A DNA stretch of 64,000 nucleotides, from the NCBI GenBank assembly GCA_963662285.2, contig CAXXMV010000003.1, forward strand, positions 288,001-352,000, read 5' to 3'. The notes beneath the pieces were generated by a model. The model saw only the letters and a list, made by a program, of their open reading frames with translations. It made no database searches and was not told the origin of the DNA. A program made the translations under genes and the position numbers. The stretch's first letter is position 1. Each line of letters starts with the position of its first letter. Source of the DNA: a bacterium (GTDB lineage Bacteria > Hinthialibacterota > Hinthialibacteria > Hinthialibacterales > Hinthialibacteraceae). Below, piece by piece: positions 60,643-64,000 of this stretch.

Positions 60643-60672
60643 AAACAAGGAGCTTGCAATAAGCCCCTTGTT
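60643..60672 (-). terminator. Intrinsic terminator
   Basis: AACAAGGAGCTT-GCAAT-AAGCCCCTTGTT with poly-T on the minus strand. Confidence 0.6.
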
Positions 60673-60704
60673 GTATGCGTATTTCTATTCAATTGAAACA
60701 GGAA

Positions 60705-62897
60705 TTAGAACAAACTCCAATCCTGCACAGCAGTTCCGCCATCGAGTAAATTCAAAATAGTCCAACCCGATTCGTTGTTGTATGGTTCAAAGACATTTCC
60801 GTTTGCTTCGCTGGAGTGCCATCCCCATTTTCCAGTGCGCACGCCGGGATTGTCGGCATCGCTGCTGTTCATCATGATGTCGAATCCGATCTGTGTGCGG
60901 GAAGCCGGATCAAGAATTGCGTCTTTAATCACGCGGTATTCAACTACGAAGCCTGAATTGTCATCTTTGACTTTAGCGCCGACAGCCCAATAGATAATTA
61001 GGTCTTCTCCGTCGCGGCCATTTTCCATATACTTACCACCGCCTGGAGCATCAAGCATTTCCGGGAAATACTTGTTGTTGGATGCGGCAATCCTACCGTC
61101 GCCCACAACCGTCAGCTGGCATCCTAAATTATTGCTTTCGATGGAAGCACTGCGTGATAGATTTCCATCAAAGTATAATTCCGTGCTATCAGCGTTCCAG
61201 AAGCTTGCATCGGGATATTCAAAACTGAGGTTTGGATCGGTAACGTCGAGACTTACGTACAAATAATCCGTATCGTGAAATACGTAGAAGGAGACGTTTT
61301 CTTCATCAGCGGGATACTCAACGCCGGAAATATGAACGCCCGGCGCGGTATTACCATCAGAAGTGTCGTGATTGAATGAATAGACATTGGCGTCTTGGTA
61401 TTCACCATCACTGATGATGCCGTCCAGGGTTACTGTGTTGGAAAGGAATGGAGCTTCCACCATCGTATCTTTGACATATTGGCTGAAATATAGAGGCGTA
61501 TTTACACCAAAAATGGATTCGCCGTCCACTGTTCCAGACCAGACCGGAGCTAGAGTAATCTCGCTAGGAGAAACAGCATTATAGGTCAAGTTTACAGCCG
61601 CATCAGAAGCGACTTCAACTTCCCAGGAAATTACGCCATCAGCAACTGTTCCGCCATTACTGATATCAGATGCCGACCAGCCTTCAGGTAGGGTTTCCAG
61701 TACGGTTACGGTATCGGTTTCACCTTTCATGGTTAATGAAAGTTCAATGCCTAAAGTCGCTGAATCTCCTTGATAAATGGTAGCGTCATCGGAAAAGGAT
61801 CTCACTGCCAGACAGAAAGAAGAGACCAAACCGAAACGGATGTTATCAATCAAAAGATTTTGACCATCCGCGGTATTGGCGTCGCTGCCCTGATCATGAT
61901 GAAAACCAATAGCGAAATCGCCGCCTTCAATGATTGAATTCATGTGCGGCCCCAAATCCAAAGAGAAACCAAGAGGTCTCCAATTGGCTTGGTTGCCGCT
62001 GATGCCTCTAAATTCCACAGGAACGCTTGTTCCTCCTGAGGTGGAGACCAAGTAGGGGCGTATTACGCACCAGGTAGAGAAATCTGAGGTCACGCAGGCA
62101 TCAAAATAGATAGCGCGAACTCTGGACCAATCTACGTCTTCTTTGGTGTTGATAGTCTTGGCGGAGCGCATGTTACCCTGAGTAATTGAAATCAACATGC
62201 AGTTGTCGCCTTCAGACGGCGTGACGAAATCAGCGCCCAATACGGGAGGTAGTGCAGCCTGATCTTTCATCCAACCCAGAGGAGCGTCATCACCGGGATT
62301 GGTTTCGTTTAAGCCGTAAACCGGGATAATTTCCAATTCGATAGGATTAAGTGGACGAACGGCATAGATGTTGTCCAGGTAAAAACGTCCTGTTCCAATC
62401 GTTCCGGCGCTGATGACCATATTGATTCTATTGAAGTCAGCCATCTCGTTTGATGAGCGGTAAGGATCAATAGGCATAACGACTTCATACCATTCACCCG
62501 GGGTAATGTAATCGAAGGACAGGCAATCATCCGGCGGCAAATGTATACGCATGGGAACATGTCCGTTACCATCGGTTGCACTGTCATCCAGAAAATACAT
62601 AGAGAAACGTAGTTCTGTGACGCCAGTCAAATCATGAGACTCAGGCAATGTGATATTGGCCTGTGACCATGAATTGCTGCTGGTGCAATCATACTCTACG
62701 TATACCGCCCAGGGACTATCGATCTCTGGTACATTCTCTGCTGCTACTTCGTCGATCATAGAGAACGTAACTGAACCACCAGCCATCGCTACATCAGATA
62801 ATTCAAAACTGTCAACAAATACGTTTTCGGTCTGGGCAAAGCCCTGACTCACAATCAGTGATACAAATAGTACGCACATCGCAAATCTTTTTGTCAT
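60705..62897 (-). CDS. Secreted multi-domain carbohydrate-binding protein (CBM-like modules plus CBM9/DOMON-like domain) with C-terminal TAVQDWSLF tag
   Basis: GGAGG RBS, signal peptide GFA-Q; TLDGIISDGEY, YLYVSLDVTD, WNADSTELYFD, VEYRV, IGFDIMMNSSD. Confidence 0.75.
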   Translation of the reverse strand: MTKRFAMCVLFVSLIVSQGFAQTENVFVDSFELSDVAMAGGSVTFSMIDEVAAENVPEIDSPWAVYVEYDCTSSNSWSQANITLPESHDLTGVTELRFSMYFLDDSATDGNGHVPMRIHLPPDDCLSFDYITPGEWYEVVMPIDPYRSSNEMADFNRINMVISAGTIGTGRFYLDNIYAVRPLNPIELEIIPVYGLNETNPGDDAPLGWMKDQAALPPVLGADFVTPSEGDNCMLISITQGNMRSAKTINTKEDVDWSRVRAIYFDACVTSDFSTWCVIRPYLVSTSGGTSVPVEFRGISGNQANWRPLGFSLDLGPHMNSIIEGGDFAIGFHHDQGSDANTADGQNLLIDNIRFGLVSSFCLAVRSFSDDATIYQGDSATLGIELSLTMKGETDTVTVLETLPEGWSASDISNGGTVADGVISWEVEVASDAAVNLTYNAVSPSEITLAPVWSGTVDGESIFGVNTPLYFSQYVKDTMVEAPFLSNTVTLDGIISDGEYQDANVYSFNHDTSDGNTAPGVHISGVEYPADEENVSFYVFHDTDYLYVSLDVTDPNLSFEYPDASFWNADSTELYFDGNLSRSASIESNNLGCQLTVVGDGRIAASNNKYFPEMLDAPGGGKYMENGRDGEDLIIYWAVGAKVKDDNSGFVVEYRVIKDAILDPASRTQIGFDIMMNSSDADNPGVRTGKWGWHSSEANGNVFEPYNNESGWTILNLLDGGTAVQDWSLF

Positions 62898-63050
62898 GTA
62901 AAACCTCCAATAGTGGAATTAATTAGCGCCGTTTCAAAAAACGGCCTGCTATTGATTTTACTAGCCGGACAAATGCTATAAAGCCCTGTTTACCTAGAAA
63001 AAAAATTAAAAAAAATATTTTAATCTCATTATCGATTCAATCATGATAAT

Positions 63051-64000
63051 TTATTCTATTTCTTTTAAATCCAGTTCCATGTGGGGTTTGGTGATGTAAT
63101 AGAGGTCGAATTCCCACCAGCTTCTGCCGCCCTCTACATCATTTAGATAAATCGTAACTGTATAATCATTATCTTCACAAGGTTGTTCCAGGATGAAAGG
63201 ATGCATTGGTCGGCTATCAACTGAATGGGCAATTACCGAAACCTCACTGGAGGGAAGTGGATTGACAACAGTCGATTCGGCAACGGTCATACCATCCCAG
63301 CGTAAGTGCTCTAATGCAATTTTACTGCCTCGAATCCGAATTAAGTCACGCCCATCCACTTTACAGAGCCAATGTCCAAGATGGATCAAACTTTCCGCAT
63401 GAGTATCGAAAATACGCTTGTATTTTTCCTGTTCTTCTCCGATGCGCTGCTCAATGGTTTTGATGTCCGGAGCGGATGCAAAAAGCCTTTCAGCTTCTTT
63501 TAGATTACTCAAAACCTGCCTACAGTTTTTGATAAGTTGGTTTACGCCGAATAATTGATAGCGAAATCCGGGAGTTTCCGAAAACATTTTACATGTTGTC
63601 TCTAACTCATCACACAGATTTTGTAAAATGGTTTTGTTTTCACTGGTAGGATTTTCTCTGTAATGGAAAAAAGCGAAACATGTTTTAATATAAAGATTGT
63701 TGGTCAGGACAAGCAGGCGAGTCAGTTCCAATGAGTTTTCCACCTGTCCGGCAAGAGATTGATTGGTGATTAATGACTTGATGTTTTGAAACGAGCGGGA
63801 CATGACAATTGCAGTTTCTAAACCGTGATCCAGGTCTTGCAGGGTTTCAGGAATCCAAGGTTTACAGCGCAGATAAATCTTACGTAAGAACTCAAGATGC
63901 ACTTTCCCGTTATCGATGCTGGGGTAACCATCCGCGATGAACATGCCCACGCGGATATGGGGCAGTGAGTTGAATTCACCATAGGCAACCGGTTCAATAT
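63051..64000 (-). CDS. Hypothetical protein, 5' end beyond window
   Basis: Frame stays open past 63950 (IEPVAYGEFNSLPHIRVGMF); helical region then VDGRD...RW...ILEQP..DNDYTVTIYLND beta domain. Confidence 0.7.
   Translation of the reverse strand, partial: IEPVAYGEFNSLPHIRVGMFIADGYPSIDNGKVHLEFLRKIYLRCKPWIPETLQDLDHGLETAIVMSRSFQNIKSLITNQSLAGQVENSLELTRLLVLTNNLYIKTCFAFFHYRENPTSENKTILQNLCDELETTCKMFSETPGFRYQLFGVNQLIKNCRQVLSNLKEAERLFASAPDIKTIEQRIGEEQEKYKRIFDTHAESLIHLGHWLCKVDGRDLIRIRGSKIALEHLRWDGMTVAESTVVNPLPSSEVSVIAHSVDSRPMHPFILEQPCEDNDYTVTIYLNDVEGGRSWWEFDLYYITKPHMELDLKEIE

Overview
Bacterial chromosomal window from a diderm organism (outer-membrane barrels, secretins, Mla system), probably an uncultured PVC/FCB-adjacent lineage; the lineage is an inference. 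No rRNA, tRNA, CRISPR array, integrase or transposase was seen. Housekeeping and envelope genes: glycosyltransferases, radA, PIN/TRAM, mlaEFD, trxB, gltX, frameshifted glnS and an alternative sigma-70. There are many secreted carbohydrate-active or uncharacterised proteins, three sodium:solute symporters and several families of intergenic palindromic (REP/REPIN/MITE-like) repeats. The strongest unexplained signals are: (1) a 9-residue extreme C-terminal tag, T-[AV]-V-x-[DE]-W-S-[LI]-[FYK]-stop, on four signal-peptide-bearing proteins of three unrelated folds, a candidate protein export or surface-sorting signal; (2) an operon of a TPR lipoprotein plus two tandem secretins lacking N-domains, with no other secretion genes nearby; (3) a cohesin-dockerin-cohesin Pro/Thr-stalk protein co-transcribed with a PorV/FadL-like barrel; (4) an AT-rich regulatory islet with a divergent ECF sigma, a small helical partner, an XRE-cupin and an orphan ParB. 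Two single-base frameshifts (glnS and one binding-protein paralog) may be sequencing errors.
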